64,000 nt of DNA, taken from Candidatus Cloacimonadota bacterium (lineage in GTDB: Bacteria > Cloacimonadota > Cloacimonadia > JGIOTU-2). Position 1 is the stretch's first letter. The number at the start of each line of letters is the position of its first letter. A model generated the notes under the pieces. The model had not been told where the DNA came from and ran no database searches. It was given only the letters and a program-made list of their open reading frames with translations. Shown here in pieces: positions 18,840 through 28,460 of the stretch. The position numbers and the translations under genes are program-made. The DNA is taken from contig JBNGBT010000008.1 of assembly GCA_049903315.1 (NCBI GenBank), forward strand, positions 32,001 to 96,000. The letters run 5' to 3'.

Positions 18840-20183
18840 TTACATACCGGGTGTTTTGGGCGAAACTGTTGCGATTTCTGCAGAAACAACAGTTAATGCT
18901 GTTATAACAATACCAATAAATGCTCCTATAAGTGTTTGAATAGATGAAATCAGATTTTGCATTTTGTAGGTTGTTTCTTTTTCATAAAATTTTGCGATCT
19001 GTTGAGCCGCAGTCAGCACATTACCGGTTTCCGAACCTGTTTTGAATCTACTTAAGGTTGTTTGATTAAACACCTTTGCTGCGGCAAGTGCAGGCACAAG
19101 GGACATCCCTTCCTTAAGCATCAGCGGTATTGTTATTTCTTTAATATTTTTTTCCATGTGTGCATTTCTACACGCCTCAGCAGACGCTTGAATTGTTTCA
19201 ATGTTGTTTTCAGCGCCAGAATATATTGCTGCGAATACACGACAGAAAATTTCTATGCTGGATTTATGTAGGAGTTTGCCAATAACAGGAAGCTTGATAA
19301 TCATAGCATCACGCCAAACGCGGCCATCAGGTGTCCGCCACCAAATACCTAAACCAATGATTGGTATAATTACCATGAATGCCATCCACCACCAATTGGC
19401 TGCAAAGAAATCACTCATCTGAAGTGTGGCAGCAGTAAGCTTTGGCACCTCAACACCGGATTTTATAAATAATTCCGCAGTAGTGGGAAAGATAGAAATA
19501 ATATAATAAAGCACAGCTGCGATCATTGCCAGAACAGTGAACATCGGTGTCATCAATGCCTGTTTCAAGCTCTTTTTATATTCCATATCCCGTTCCATGA
19601 ACTTCGCAGTTGCATCATACACTTCTGCCATGTTACCACTTTTGGTAGCAAGACCAAGCATATAAGCGGGGAATTTACCAAAGACATCAGCATATCGGTT
19701 AAAAACCTCTGTTCCTTCTTTACCCTTTTTAAGTTCACTTTCAATTTTTTTCAGCGTGGATCTTAGTGTCGGGTTTGTTTCTTCTTCAGCAAGCATACGT
19801 AGAATTTTATCATAGCTCATTTGTTCCTTGAGCAGGAAGGAGCTGAGATTGACGAACATAAGGATATTTGCAAAGGATGGTTTGGATTGAAAGTCAAAAA
19901 TTACGGGCTCGATCTTCGCATTAGTATATCCAATTCTTGCAAGCGCTTGTGCGAGTTCTAGCTTAGAAAAAGCAACTTGTTTTCCCTTAACCTTTTTACC
20001 GCTTGGTAGTTTTATTTTATAGATGAAGTTTGTTTTTTGGTCAATTTGATTTACAGAAATATTCTGCTTTATTTCAGTATCATGAATGAGCTTTTTGGCG
20101 TTTGATTTGGAGCTTGCAAGAACAACGCCCTGAACAGAATTACCTGATTGGTTAATTCCTGTATAGCGAAATTCTTTTAACAT
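18840..20183 (-). CDS. pilC: PilC/GspF inner-membrane platform protein
   Basis: EFRYTGINQSGNSVQG start, two T2SSF repeats, 'IIKLPVIGKLL', GSETGNV, three TMs. Confidence 0.88.
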   Translation of the reverse strand: MLKEFRYTGINQSGNSVQGVVLASSKSNAKKLIHDTEIKQNISVNQIDQKTNFIYKIKLPSGKKVKGKQVAFSKLELAQALARIGYTNAKIEPVIFDFQSKPSFANILMFVNLSSFLLKEQMSYDKILRMLAEEETNPTLRSTLKKIESELKKGKEGTEVFNRYADVFGKFPAYMLGLATKSGNMAEVYDATAKFMERDMEYKKSLKQALMTPMFTVLAMIAAVLYYIISIFPTTAELFIKSGVEVPKLTAATLQMSDFFAANWWWMAFMVIIPIIGLGIWWRTPDGRVWRDAMIIKLPVIGKLLHKSSIEIFCRVFAAIYSGAENNIETIQASAEACRNAHMEKNIKEITIPLMLKEGMSLVPALAAAKVFNQTTLSRFKTGSETGNVLTAAQQIAKFYEKETTYKMQNLISSIQTLIGAFIGIVITALTVVSAEIATVSPKTPGM

Positions 20184-20201
20184 GATAGGGGATTATGAAA
20201 A

Positions 20202-20240
20202 ATCAGGGAGGTATACGTTATAAAACTATACCTCCCAGAT
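20202..20240 (-). terminator. Probable intrinsic terminator after the major pilin gene
   Basis: Inverted repeat GGGAGGTATA(20206-20215)/TATACCTCCC(20227-20236), followed on the minus strand by TGATTTTTC. Lies between pilin and pilC. Confidence 0.7.
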
Positions 20241-20262
20241 ATTACATTAAATAGAAATACGA

Positions 20263-20685
20263 TTAGTTATCGATAACCATCGCAACAGGGTCCGTGGAAG
20301 TGGCAACAACAGTGGCAGTAATTTTTGTGTTAGTAGCAGAGCTATTACCCGGTTCAGTACCAGTTCCAACAATTGTGATTGTACTCGCGTTCGTACGGGT
20401 GAGTGTATAGGTGCCGTTGTCATTGGTGTATGTATTGTCACCATTAAATCCAATCCATACAACAAGTGTGTCCATAGAAGCTTCGAATGTTCTTCCGCCA
20501 CCACCATGTGATGTAGGGGTTTTGTAATAAGCGATCATTTGAGATGCAAAGTTGTTTGCATCTGCAACCAAAGCTTGACGGTTAGCATTTTGTGCCTGGG
20601 TATTAAACATTGTAATACCTACTGCAACGGCAATACCTACGATAATAACGCTCAATACGATGAGCAGAATTTGTTGAGTTCCCAT
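20263..20685 (-). CDS. Probable major type IV pilin, leaderless (MGTQQILLIVLSVIIVGIAVAVG)
   Basis: Strong AGGAGG RBS. Pilin-like hydrophobic N-helix, amphipathic helix and Thr-rich beta head. Has its own sigma54 promoter and terminator and lies upstream of pilC/pilB. Confidence 0.75.
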   Translation of the reverse strand: MGTQQILLIVLSVIIVGIAVAVGITMFNTQAQNANRQALVADANNFASQMIAYYKTPTSHGGGGRTFEASMDTLVVWIGFNGDNTYTNDNGTYTLTRTNASTITIVGTGTEPGNSSATNTKITATVVATSTDPVAMVIDN

Positions 20686-20758
20686 GGGATCCTCCTGGGT
20701 TTTTTATTGTTCGTAACTTACAAACTTCACGTCTATAAAACAATTCATAATTTTATAG

Positions 20759-20774
20759 AACAAGTTTCGTGCCA
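20759..20774 (-). promoter_or_regulatory. Sigma54 (-24/-12) promoter of the pilin gene
   Basis: Minus strand TGGCACGAAACTTGTT versus consensus TGGCACGNNNNTTGC. About 75 bp upstream of pilin ATG. A bEBP gene is nearby. Confidence 0.75.
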
Positions 20775-20882
20775 AAGTTCTAAAAGCTGAAATATAATAT
20801 TCAGAACTTACCAAGTGACCGATAGTTGTGTGCGAGAATTATTATAATTGAAAAATAATAGCCTATTTCAAAAACACAGAAC

Positions 20883-20933
20883 GCGTAACAAAAAGATAAC
20901 AGAACCGCCATCGGCGTAATAAAAAAATGACAC
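20883..20933. promoter_or_regulatory. Candidate tandem upstream activator sequences for the PilR-like bEBP
   Basis: GCGTAACAAAAAGATAACAG (20883) and GCGTAATAAAAAAATGACAC (20914) are 16/20 identical and 31 bp apart. They sit 110-160 bp upstream of the -24 element. Confidence 0.5.
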
Positions 20934-20938
20934 GGATA

Positions 20939-23245
20939 CTATTTGTTTTCAAGAGCTTTTAAGAAGGATTTTGGGATTGTAATGCCTAATTTTTCTGCTT
21001 TTTGAATATCCTCTCTTGCATTATCATATTTTCCGAGAAAATAAAAAGACACTGCCCTTTTCTGATACAAAATACCGCAGTCAGGCTCAATATTGATCGC
21101 TTCGGTATACGATTGTGCTGATTCTGAAAATAATTTCTCTTTGCTTAAAATATCACCTTTGGTGATAAGAATTTCTATATTATTCTCTGCGAGAGAGATG
21201 GCTGTGTTAATGTCATTTATTGCCTGCTCAAAGTGCCCTATTTCAGAGTAAAGAAGAGCTCTCTTAATATAAGCATTCACAAAAGTATCATCAAGCAACA
21301 GGGCTTGATTGTAGTCTTCAAGAGCAGCAGCATAATTCTTTTCAACAAAGTTAACTTTACCTCGCAAATAATAGGTTTGCGATCTTTGAGGATTCAGTTC
21401 TATGGCTTTTGAAAAGTCATCTATAGCTTGAGAAAAGTTCCCAGTATCAAAATATAAGATGCCCCGATTACTATAAGCCATTTCATCATATGGATCAATT
21501 TGGAGAACCAGGTTATAATTTTCAAGAGCTATGTCATACCGTTTCATTCCAGCGTACGCAATGCCGCGATTAAGATAGGCTGCTGTGTAATTTGGTAATT
21601 GCGCAATAGCCTTATTGTAATATACGATAGCAGAATCAGGATTATCATTTTCTGCATATGTGAGACCAATGTTATAATAGGATTTAGGTTGGGAGGAGTT
21701 CAGTAATAGTGATTTCTTATAATCTTCCAACGCACTTACAACATCCCCTTTTCCTTTGAGTGCATTACCCCGATTGATATAAACTTCATAGTAAGATGGG
21801 TTAAATTCGAGAGCTTTATTAAAATCATTAAGCGCTTCTTCGTTTTGATCCGATTGCAAAAAAGAAAATCCCCTGTTATTATACGAAGACGCATCCTGGG
21901 GATTTATTTCAAGTGCACGATTAAAATCAATGATAGCCTTATCATATTGCTGCAGCTTATTATATGCAGCACCTCGATTATTATATGCAAAAGTGTTGGG
22001 TTTGCCATAGTTCAAAGCATGTGTCCAAAGTGAAAGAGAATTTTTCCACACTGGAATTTGAACAAAACCGGTGAGGATCGTAAAGCATAGAATTAAGCAA
22101 ATTGTCGGGACCCACACTTTTTGAGTTTTATACGTGCTAAGCAACCAGCCCACCACTAAGGCAATGCCGAACAAGGAGAAGTACATATACCTATCGGCGA
22201 CATTCGACCATTTTTGAAAGTTAAAGGATACTAAACCGAAAACAGGCATAAATCCTACGATAAATATAATCAGTGAGAGAAGTATAAATGAATTCTTTTT
22301 ATATAATTTTACTGCAAAGAACACAAGCAAGACAGGTATTACCCATTCGAGGTAAAACAAGAATTTCGATATAAGAGTCTGGAATGTCCTTGTATAAGTA
22401 ACAACTAAAGGATAGGGAATGAGCGTCTTCAAGAAATAGAAATTAATCGTATCCATCCAGATAAAAAAGCGAGACCAGAGCGGAGCAATTTCTGTATGAT
22501 AGGAAGCTGGTTGAACAAATCGGAGTATTAAAACAAAAGGGATGGTAGCGATGATGAACGGAATAATCTTTTTGAGGGAATGCCATAAATTTTCTTTAAA
22601 ATATAAAAAATAGATAAGGAATGCAAAAGCTGGAATCACAACAACTGAGGGTTTGGAGAGCATGCCCAAAACAAATAGGATAAGTGAATTAATATACCGA
22701 ATCGTGCAGCATCTCTTAGAAATACTCTTCTTTAAGAATTCATTTTTTATTAATATGTAAAGTGAAGAAAATCCAAAGAAGGCAGCAAGCAAACCCCGGA
22801 ATTCTGTGATCCATACAACTGGCTCAACCTGTAGAGGGTGAAGGATAAAAATCAGTGTCCCAAAGAAAGCGGACCATTCATTATTAATAAGCAATTTCAG
22901 GATTCTGAAAACGAAAAGTCCATTGAAAATATGAAAAAGAATGCTAAACAAATGAAAAGCAAAGGGATTAAATCCATCAACTCTTTGTCCCCAAGGAATA
23001 AGTGTGCCTATCTCTTTTATTAATGCCCATGCTGTATAAGGCATCGGAATGTACATTTGTGCATATGGCTTTGTCCAGAAATGAAGAACATTCTTGAAAG
23101 AAGTATATTGAAGATACCGATTCTCGATAAGATTAGGATCCTTATCATCCCACACAAATTCATAAGATGTGCACTGCCAGTAGACAGCAAGAGGGATCAA
23201 AATAAGCAGCAGGTAAATGAGTAATCGGGATTTCGACTCTTTCAT
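20939..23245 (-). CDS. TMTC-like GT-C membrane glycosyltransferase with long C-terminal TPR array
   Basis: FVWDD motif, 'FHLFSILFHIFNG', 'FILHPLQVEPVVWITE', 'VADRYMYFS', 'WKNSLSLW', then about 10 TPRs (AYNNRG). Confidence 0.75.
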   Translation of the reverse strand: MKESKSRLLIYLLLILIPLAVYWQCTSYEFVWDDKDPNLIENRYLQYTSFKNVLHFWTKPYAQMYIPMPYTAWALIKEIGTLIPWGQRVDGFNPFAFHLFSILFHIFNGLFVFRILKLLINNEWSAFFGTLIFILHPLQVEPVVWITEFRGLLAAFFGFSSLYILIKNEFLKKSISKRCCTIRYINSLILFVLGMLSKPSVVVIPAFAFLIYFLYFKENLWHSLKKIIPFIIATIPFVLILRFVQPASYHTEIAPLWSRFFIWMDTINFYFLKTLIPYPLVVTYTRTFQTLISKFLFYLEWVIPVLLVFFAVKLYKKNSFILLSLIIFIVGFMPVFGLVSFNFQKWSNVADRYMYFSLFGIALVVGWLLSTYKTQKVWVPTICLILCFTILTGFVQIPVWKNSLSLWTHALNYGKPNTFAYNNRGAAYNKLQQYDKAIIDFNRALEINPQDASSYNNRGFSFLQSDQNEEALNDFNKALEFNPSYYEVYINRGNALKGKGDVVSALEDYKKSLLLNSSQPKSYYNIGLTYAENDNPDSAIVYYNKAIAQLPNYTAAYLNRGIAYAGMKRYDIALENYNLVLQIDPYDEMAYSNRGILYFDTGNFSQAIDDFSKAIELNPQRSQTYYLRGKVNFVEKNYAAALEDYNQALLLDDTFVNAYIKRALLYSEIGHFEQAINDINTAISLAENNIEILITKGDILSKEKLFSESAQSYTEAINIEPDCGILYQKRAVSFYFLGKYDNAREDIQKAEKLGITIPKSFLKALENK

Positions 23246-23246
23246 A

Positions 23247-24842
23247 CTATTTTTCCTGTGATGCTTTTGCTAACGTTTTCATGAAATGGCTATTGACCTC
23301 TATGCCACGGATCTGCGCTTTACGAATTTCATCCCACGCTTTATCATATTCTTTAAGGTAATAATACACAACCGCCTTACTAATATAAGCAATTGCAAAC
23401 TCTGAGTCGATTTTGAGGACAGAATTAAAATATTCAAGGGCTTCATCAAAATTTTTCTGTCCGAGCAAGAGATATCCTTTTTTATACAAAGCTTTTGTAA
23501 AGCCAGTATCATAAGTTACAGCATTTTCAAAGTCCGCATTTGCCGCATCATACATTTTTAAACGCATGAAAGCGTTACCCCTATTATAATATGCATTTGC
23601 CTCAATAGGAGTTTTCTCAATACAATGGCTCCACAGAGTAAGATTATTTTTCCAAACTGGCACCTGGATCAATGCTGTGTCTGCAGCAAGAAGCGCAATA
23701 AGAGCGATTATCAAAAATTTCAAAGGTTTATAAGAAAAATATCTATACACTGCACCAACAAGTAGTGCCATTCCTATCATTGATATGTATATATATCTAT
23801 CTGCAACTGTTGACCAATTTTGAAAGATAAAGGGGACAAGTCCGGAAACCGGCAAGAATCCTATTATAAAAACGAAATATGCAAAACTTACATTCTTTAT
23901 TCTTTTACGATACGCAATAAGTAATATCAAAAAAATCAAAGGAATTATCCAGATGACGTAAGGCATCCAGGAAGAAAGAACGCGCTGTGTTGTACGTGCA
24001 TAAGAGGGAGAAAAGTTAAGAGGAATAAAAATTTTCTTAAGATAGAAAACAAGGGAGTCCATCCAGATAAAAAAACGCGAAAACAGAGGGACTTCATTCT
24101 TTAGAATAAAAGCAGGCTGGAATAATTTTGTGATGTACACGACAAAAAGCGATATGAAAATATACGGAATTGATCGCTTGATGATCTGTTCCAAACGAAG
24201 TCCCTTGAACATAAGTGCATAAATGAAAAAGATTGGAAAGAAAACAACTCCGATTGGTTTCGATAAAACAGAAAATAAAAATAGGACAATGCAAAGAAGT
24301 GTATCAAAAACATTTTTCTTGATTTGAGACAGCGATTTGTCTGCTGCAAGAAAAAACAGTAAACCCCAAAATGTCGAAAAGAGACCGCGGAACTCTGTCA
24401 CCATCGAAACCGCTTCAGCCTGGATGGGGTGAGCAAGGAAAATAAGTGTTCCAATGAACGCAGCAGAAGTATTTTTGAGAATTTTTCGTAGAAAATAAAA
24501 AACAAGAATGCAATTTATACAGTGAAAAAGCACATTAAAAAAATGGAAAAAAGAAGTATTAAAAGGAAATCCTGTTAAAAATTTACTGATTAATGTTATA
24601 ACAAAAATTGCAGTGTATGAGATTGGAATGTACATACCCTGATATGGCTCGGTCCAGAAGTGGAGAAGATTCTGAAATGAAAGTTTTTCTAGATAGGGAT
24701 TCTGTACAAGATGAGGTCCGTTGTCATCCCATACAAAATCATAAGTGAGAGTTTGTCCGTAGATGATAGATGTAAAAATGATCAGCAGGAGCACAAGAAG
24801 TGCAACAGAAGTTCTCTTTGTATCTAATGCACCTTTTTTCAT
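23247..24842 (-). CDS. TMTC-like GT-C membrane glycosyltransferase with short TPR tail (paralogue of neighbour)
   Basis: FVWDD, HPIQAEAV, VADRYIYIS, WKNNLTLW, 3 TPRs. Confidence 0.75.
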   Translation of the reverse strand: MKKGALDTKRTSVALLVLLLIIFTSIIYGQTLTYDFVWDDNGPHLVQNPYLEKLSFQNLLHFWTEPYQGMYIPISYTAIFVITLISKFLTGFPFNTSFFHFFNVLFHCINCILVFYFLRKILKNTSAAFIGTLIFLAHPIQAEAVSMVTEFRGLFSTFWGLLFFLAADKSLSQIKKNVFDTLLCIVLFLFSVLSKPIGVVFFPIFFIYALMFKGLRLEQIIKRSIPYIFISLFVVYITKLFQPAFILKNEVPLFSRFFIWMDSLVFYLKKIFIPLNFSPSYARTTQRVLSSWMPYVIWIIPLIFLILLIAYRKRIKNVSFAYFVFIIGFLPVSGLVPFIFQNWSTVADRYIYISMIGMALLVGAVYRYFSYKPLKFLIIALIALLAADTALIQVPVWKNNLTLWSHCIEKTPIEANAYYNRGNAFMRLKMYDAANADFENAVTYDTGFTKALYKKGYLLLGQKNFDEALEYFNSVLKIDSEFAIAYISKAVVYYYLKEYDKAWDEIRKAQIRGIEVNSHFMKTLAKASQEK

Positions 24843-24852
24843 AGAAAAGAGA

Positions 24853-26280
24853 TTATGAATTGTTTCGGAAAGTATTCACATCTATTTTGTGTTTATTGAA
24901 TTTTTCATAGAGATTTGGACGTTTTATACCTGACAGCTCTGCTGCTTTTGACACATCCCCACCACATTTTACCAGCAGCTTCTCGACGTAATTCTTTTCG
25001 AAGGCATCTTTAGCATCTGCAAAAGGAATATCTGTATGATTGTGCAAAGCCTTATCTCCGTTTTCATCTTTTTTCTTGTATACCGTACCGGGAAGATCTT
25101 CGAGCACTATCTTATTATGAGTTGCCATCGCAACCGCATGCTCAATAGTATTTTTGAGTTCACGAATATTTCCTTCCCATTCACAAGAAAGGAGTACAGA
25201 CATCACCGTATCAGAGATCTCGAGGTTTGGTTTATCATATTTTTCACCAAATTCTCGAACAAATGCATTCGTAAGAAGCAGAATATCCTCCGACCTTTCA
25301 CGAAGAGGTGGGATGTCAAGGCGGATGACATTGAGACGGTAGTATAGATCTCTGCGGAAATTGCCTTCTTTAACCTCTTCTTCAATATTTTTGTTTGTTG
25401 AAGCTATAACACGCACATCAACCTCAATGTCCATATCTCCACCAACCTGACGTATGGCACTTTTTTCCAGGACACGCAGGAGTTTAACCTGAAAAGTTTT
25501 GGTGGTTTCTGTTATTTCATCCAGGAAAAGAGTTCCGCCATCTGCCTCCTGAAAATAACCGACTTTATCTCTTATTGCATCAGTAAAAGACCCTTTTTTG
25601 TGACCAAAAAGCATACTTTCAAGAAGATTCTCCGGCAGACCGCCACAATTGACTGCGACGAATTTTTGGTTTTTTCTTTTGCTATTTCGATAGATAAGAT
25701 CAGCAAAAAGATCTTTACCGACCCCCGTTTCACCGGTTATAAGAATAGTTGTATCAAGAGGGGCGATCCTTTTGACTTTTTCCATGACCTTCTGGATCGA
25801 AAGGCTATTTCCGATGATCTGTGTCCTGTCAAATTCATGTGCGAGGATACTTCTTAAGCGCTTAATTTCTTCTTGCTGCCATTTAGTTTTGAGTATTTTT
25901 TTTATGATGATCTTGAGCAGATCAAGGTCTTCTACAGGCTTTTCTATAAACTCTTCAGCGCCGATTTTCATTGCTTCGACAGCCATACCTATTGAAGCCT
26001 TCCCGCTTATGACGATCACTGCAACATGGGGCCAGCGTTTCTTTATTTGAGTGAGAAGCTCGATCCCGTCAGTACCCGGCATTACCATATCAGTCATCGC
26101 AATATGAAATTTGTTATTTCCCAGCTTTTCAAGTGCTTCATCTGCCGAATGGGCGATGTCAATGTTATATTCATCTTCAAGGTGGCGGCGGAAAATATCC
26201 AAGGTATCCTGCTCATCATCGACGATCAGTATTTTGGCATTTTGTTTAAAAAATTCTGTCTGAAGTATTTCATTTTCCAT
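24853..26280 (-). CDS. Sigma54-dependent NtrC/PilR-family response regulator (REC-AAA+-HTH)
   Basis: REC, GETGVGKDL, GSFTDA (GAFTGA loop), GGTLFLDEI, WEGNIREL, Fis-type HTH. Confidence 0.92.
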   Translation of the reverse strand: MENEILQTEFFKQNAKILIVDDEQDTLDIFRRHLEDEYNIDIAHSADEALEKLGNNKFHIAMTDMVMPGTDGIELLTQIKKRWPHVAVIVISGKASIGMAVEAMKIGAEEFIEKPVEDLDLLKIIIKKILKTKWQQEEIKRLRSILAHEFDRTQIIGNSLSIQKVMEKVKRIAPLDTTILITGETGVGKDLFADLIYRNSKRKNQKFVAVNCGGLPENLLESMLFGHKKGSFTDAIRDKVGYFQEADGGTLFLDEITETTKTFQVKLLRVLEKSAIRQVGGDMDIEVDVRVIASTNKNIEEEVKEGNFRRDLYYRLNVIRLDIPPLRERSEDILLLTNAFVREFGEKYDKPNLEISDTVMSVLLSCEWEGNIRELKNTIEHAVAMATHNKIVLEDLPGTVYKKKDENGDKALHNHTDIPFADAKDAFEKNYVEKLLVKCGGDVSKAAELSGIKRPNLYEKFNKHKIDVNTFRNNS

Positions 26281-26283
26281 GTA

Positions 26284-28401
26284 TTAATTTTTCCTGTTGT
26301 TTAAAGGAAGAAATATTGTAAAAGTGCTCCCTTTATCGCGTTCTGAATGCACGGTTATATATCCGCCATAGCGTTCGGCTACGTTTTTACAGATCGCAAG
26401 CCCAAGTCCGAATCCGCCCTGTTCTTTTTCCTTTTTTGATGTGTAATAAGGTTCAAATATAGCAGTAAGGTATCTCTCTTCAATTCCCTCTCCGCTGTCC
26501 CGCACTTCTATTGCTACCATATCCGAGGTTTGATATGTGCGCACCCAGATATTACGTTCTTTACTATCATGCAAAGATTCTATCGCATTATTAACAAGGT
26601 TAGTAAAACTTTGGCTTATATCGCTATATACAGCTTTAACTGAGGGAAGATCAGCAGAAAGATCAGTTTGTAACACAACATAATGTTTAAAGAAGAGATT
26701 ATGTTTAAGAAGTTCGAGTTCTTGTTCGATGAGCAGGTTTATATCAATCGGCCGCATCATCGAAATATTATCCTGTTGAACCTTTCGTAAAAGTGTTTTG
26801 ACTGCATGAGAAATATTCTTGGCAGCATTAATAATTTTATCGACATCTTCATTATCTTTATAATCTTTTTTCACAAGTTGTGCATAACCGAGAATTGAAT
26901 TGAGTGGAGAATTCATATTATGTACGACGCCTTCTACCCGTCTTCCGATCTCAGCTAACTTATTGCTCTTTATGATCTCCATCTCAAGCGCTTCACGCGC
27001 CTTTTTTTCATTAATCTCGCGTGTGATATCTGTCATGGTTGCGACCATGCGCAAGCCGATAGTGTCATCAACCGCTTTAATATTGAGGATAACAAATTTT
27101 ACGAACTTCTTTATTCCTGGAAGATTTATTTCGAGACGGGGAAGGGTCAAGCTGTCCTCATGGGCTTTTGATATGAGGTTCTCATCCAACCGGATAAATT
27201 CTGAAAGGTTCTTACCGATAATTTTATCAGGAGAGATCAGTTCAAAAATATCCATCGCACTTGGATTGCAAATCAGGATGTTCATCTTCGAATCCATCCA
27301 CAGCACACCAATATCAATATTGTCAGTAAGGACTTTATATTCAAGCAAAGATTTGTGATATTCTACAAGGGATTTATTCATCGAGCTGAAAGCCGAAACC
27401 ATATTGCTGAGCTCGCCCCCATATTCGTCTTCAATATGTTCTATACCAAGGGGGTTCTTCTCAATCCTCTGCATTTTTTCGCTTATCTGTTTGACGGGTT
27501 GCATTATTTTTTTGGAGAACCAATTACTCAAAAAACTAACTATAACTAAGGTCGAAGCAGCAAGAATAAGAAAGAAGAAGAACATGCTCTGTTTATAGAA
27601 TTTATTAAACTCTCTCTCATAAAGATAAACAGTGAGCGATGCAGGATCATCGAAGATATTATAATTAATGAGAAGACCAACGGCAATTTCCCCACTTATA
27701 CGAATCACCGACTCATTATTTTTAGTTTTTAACACAGCGGGAAGTTTCTTTTCGAACTCGGGAAGAATTTTTTTAAGAACATCCTGCTCGGGATTGAGTG
27801 GTTTAGAGAATGGCAAAAGGAATATTTGGGGATTTTGAGCAATTCCTATATCGGAAGAAGTTATCTGGTTGACATTGAGAAGAAAGCCGAGAAATTTTTT
27901 CTTTTGGTCATTTTCAGAATAAAGTGGGAAGTAAGAGAAGTAATATATTTTGTTTGAAAAATTTGCAGAGAAGCCCTGTGTTGAATTCTGTTTTGCCAGT
28001 AAAAGCATTTTGGGGAGAAAGGATTCAACGAGTTCCCATTGCTCGCCATAGAGCACATTGCCTTGAGCATCGAAGAGAGCCATATATGTTGCAAAAGAAC
28101 GATCATCATATGATTTGAGTATTGTTTGGATCTCTGCAAAATCGCGACTTTCTACAGCAGAAGTAAGCACAGGATCATTTGATATTTCAGAAGTAAAATT
28201 ATTCAGGTTGTTGGTGTAATCGAGCTGAAGGGTTTTCAGCCCGGTAAGCATGCGGGAAATTCTCTCATATTCAAATTCTGAAATGCCAAATTTTGTAAGC
28301 TGCCAAATGCTGAATATCAAAAGGAATACAAGTGAAAATGTAAATATGAAATAGAGGGCTAATATCTGTTTTTGTAGTCCTCTTTTTTTCTTTTTCATCA
28401 A
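26284..28401 (-). CDS. Membrane sensor histidine kinase (periplasmic sensor, HAMP, PAS, HisKA, HATPase)
   Basis: Two TMs, HAMP, PAS, HNMNSPL, NLVNNAIES, DSGEGI, GFGLGL. Confidence 0.9.
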   Translation of the reverse strand: MMKKKKRGLQKQILALYFIFTFSLVFLLIFSIWQLTKFGISEFEYERISRMLTGLKTLQLDYTNNLNNFTSEISNDPVLTSAVESRDFAEIQTILKSYDDRSFATYMALFDAQGNVLYGEQWELVESFLPKMLLLAKQNSTQGFSANFSNKIYYFSYFPLYSENDQKKKFLGFLLNVNQITSSDIGIAQNPQIFLLPFSKPLNPEQDVLKKILPEFEKKLPAVLKTKNNESVIRISGEIAVGLLINYNIFDDPASLTVYLYEREFNKFYKQSMFFFFLILAASTLVIVSFLSNWFSKKIMQPVKQISEKMQRIEKNPLGIEHIEDEYGGELSNMVSAFSSMNKSLVEYHKSLLEYKVLTDNIDIGVLWMDSKMNILICNPSAMDIFELISPDKIIGKNLSEFIRLDENLISKAHEDSLTLPRLEINLPGIKKFVKFVILNIKAVDDTIGLRMVATMTDITREINEKKAREALEMEIIKSNKLAEIGRRVEGVVHNMNSPLNSILGYAQLVKKDYKDNEDVDKIINAAKNISHAVKTLLRKVQQDNISMMRPIDINLLIEQELELLKHNLFFKHYVVLQTDLSADLPSVKAVYSDISQSFTNLVNNAIESLHDSKERNIWVRTYQTSDMVAIEVRDSGEGIEERYLTAIFEPYYTSKKEKEQGGFGLGLAICKNVAERYGGYITVHSERDKGSTFTIFLPLNNRKN

Positions 28402-28460
28402 ATTATGACAGAATTCTTACTCGTCCAAAAATAATAAATGCAAACCAATAACGGTTTGAA

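Noticed and set aside
5129..20685. Locus as a plain type II secretion system
   Set aside because: PilT, PilM-like actin domain, MshEN-PilB and a sigma54-driven pilin favour a type IV pilus.
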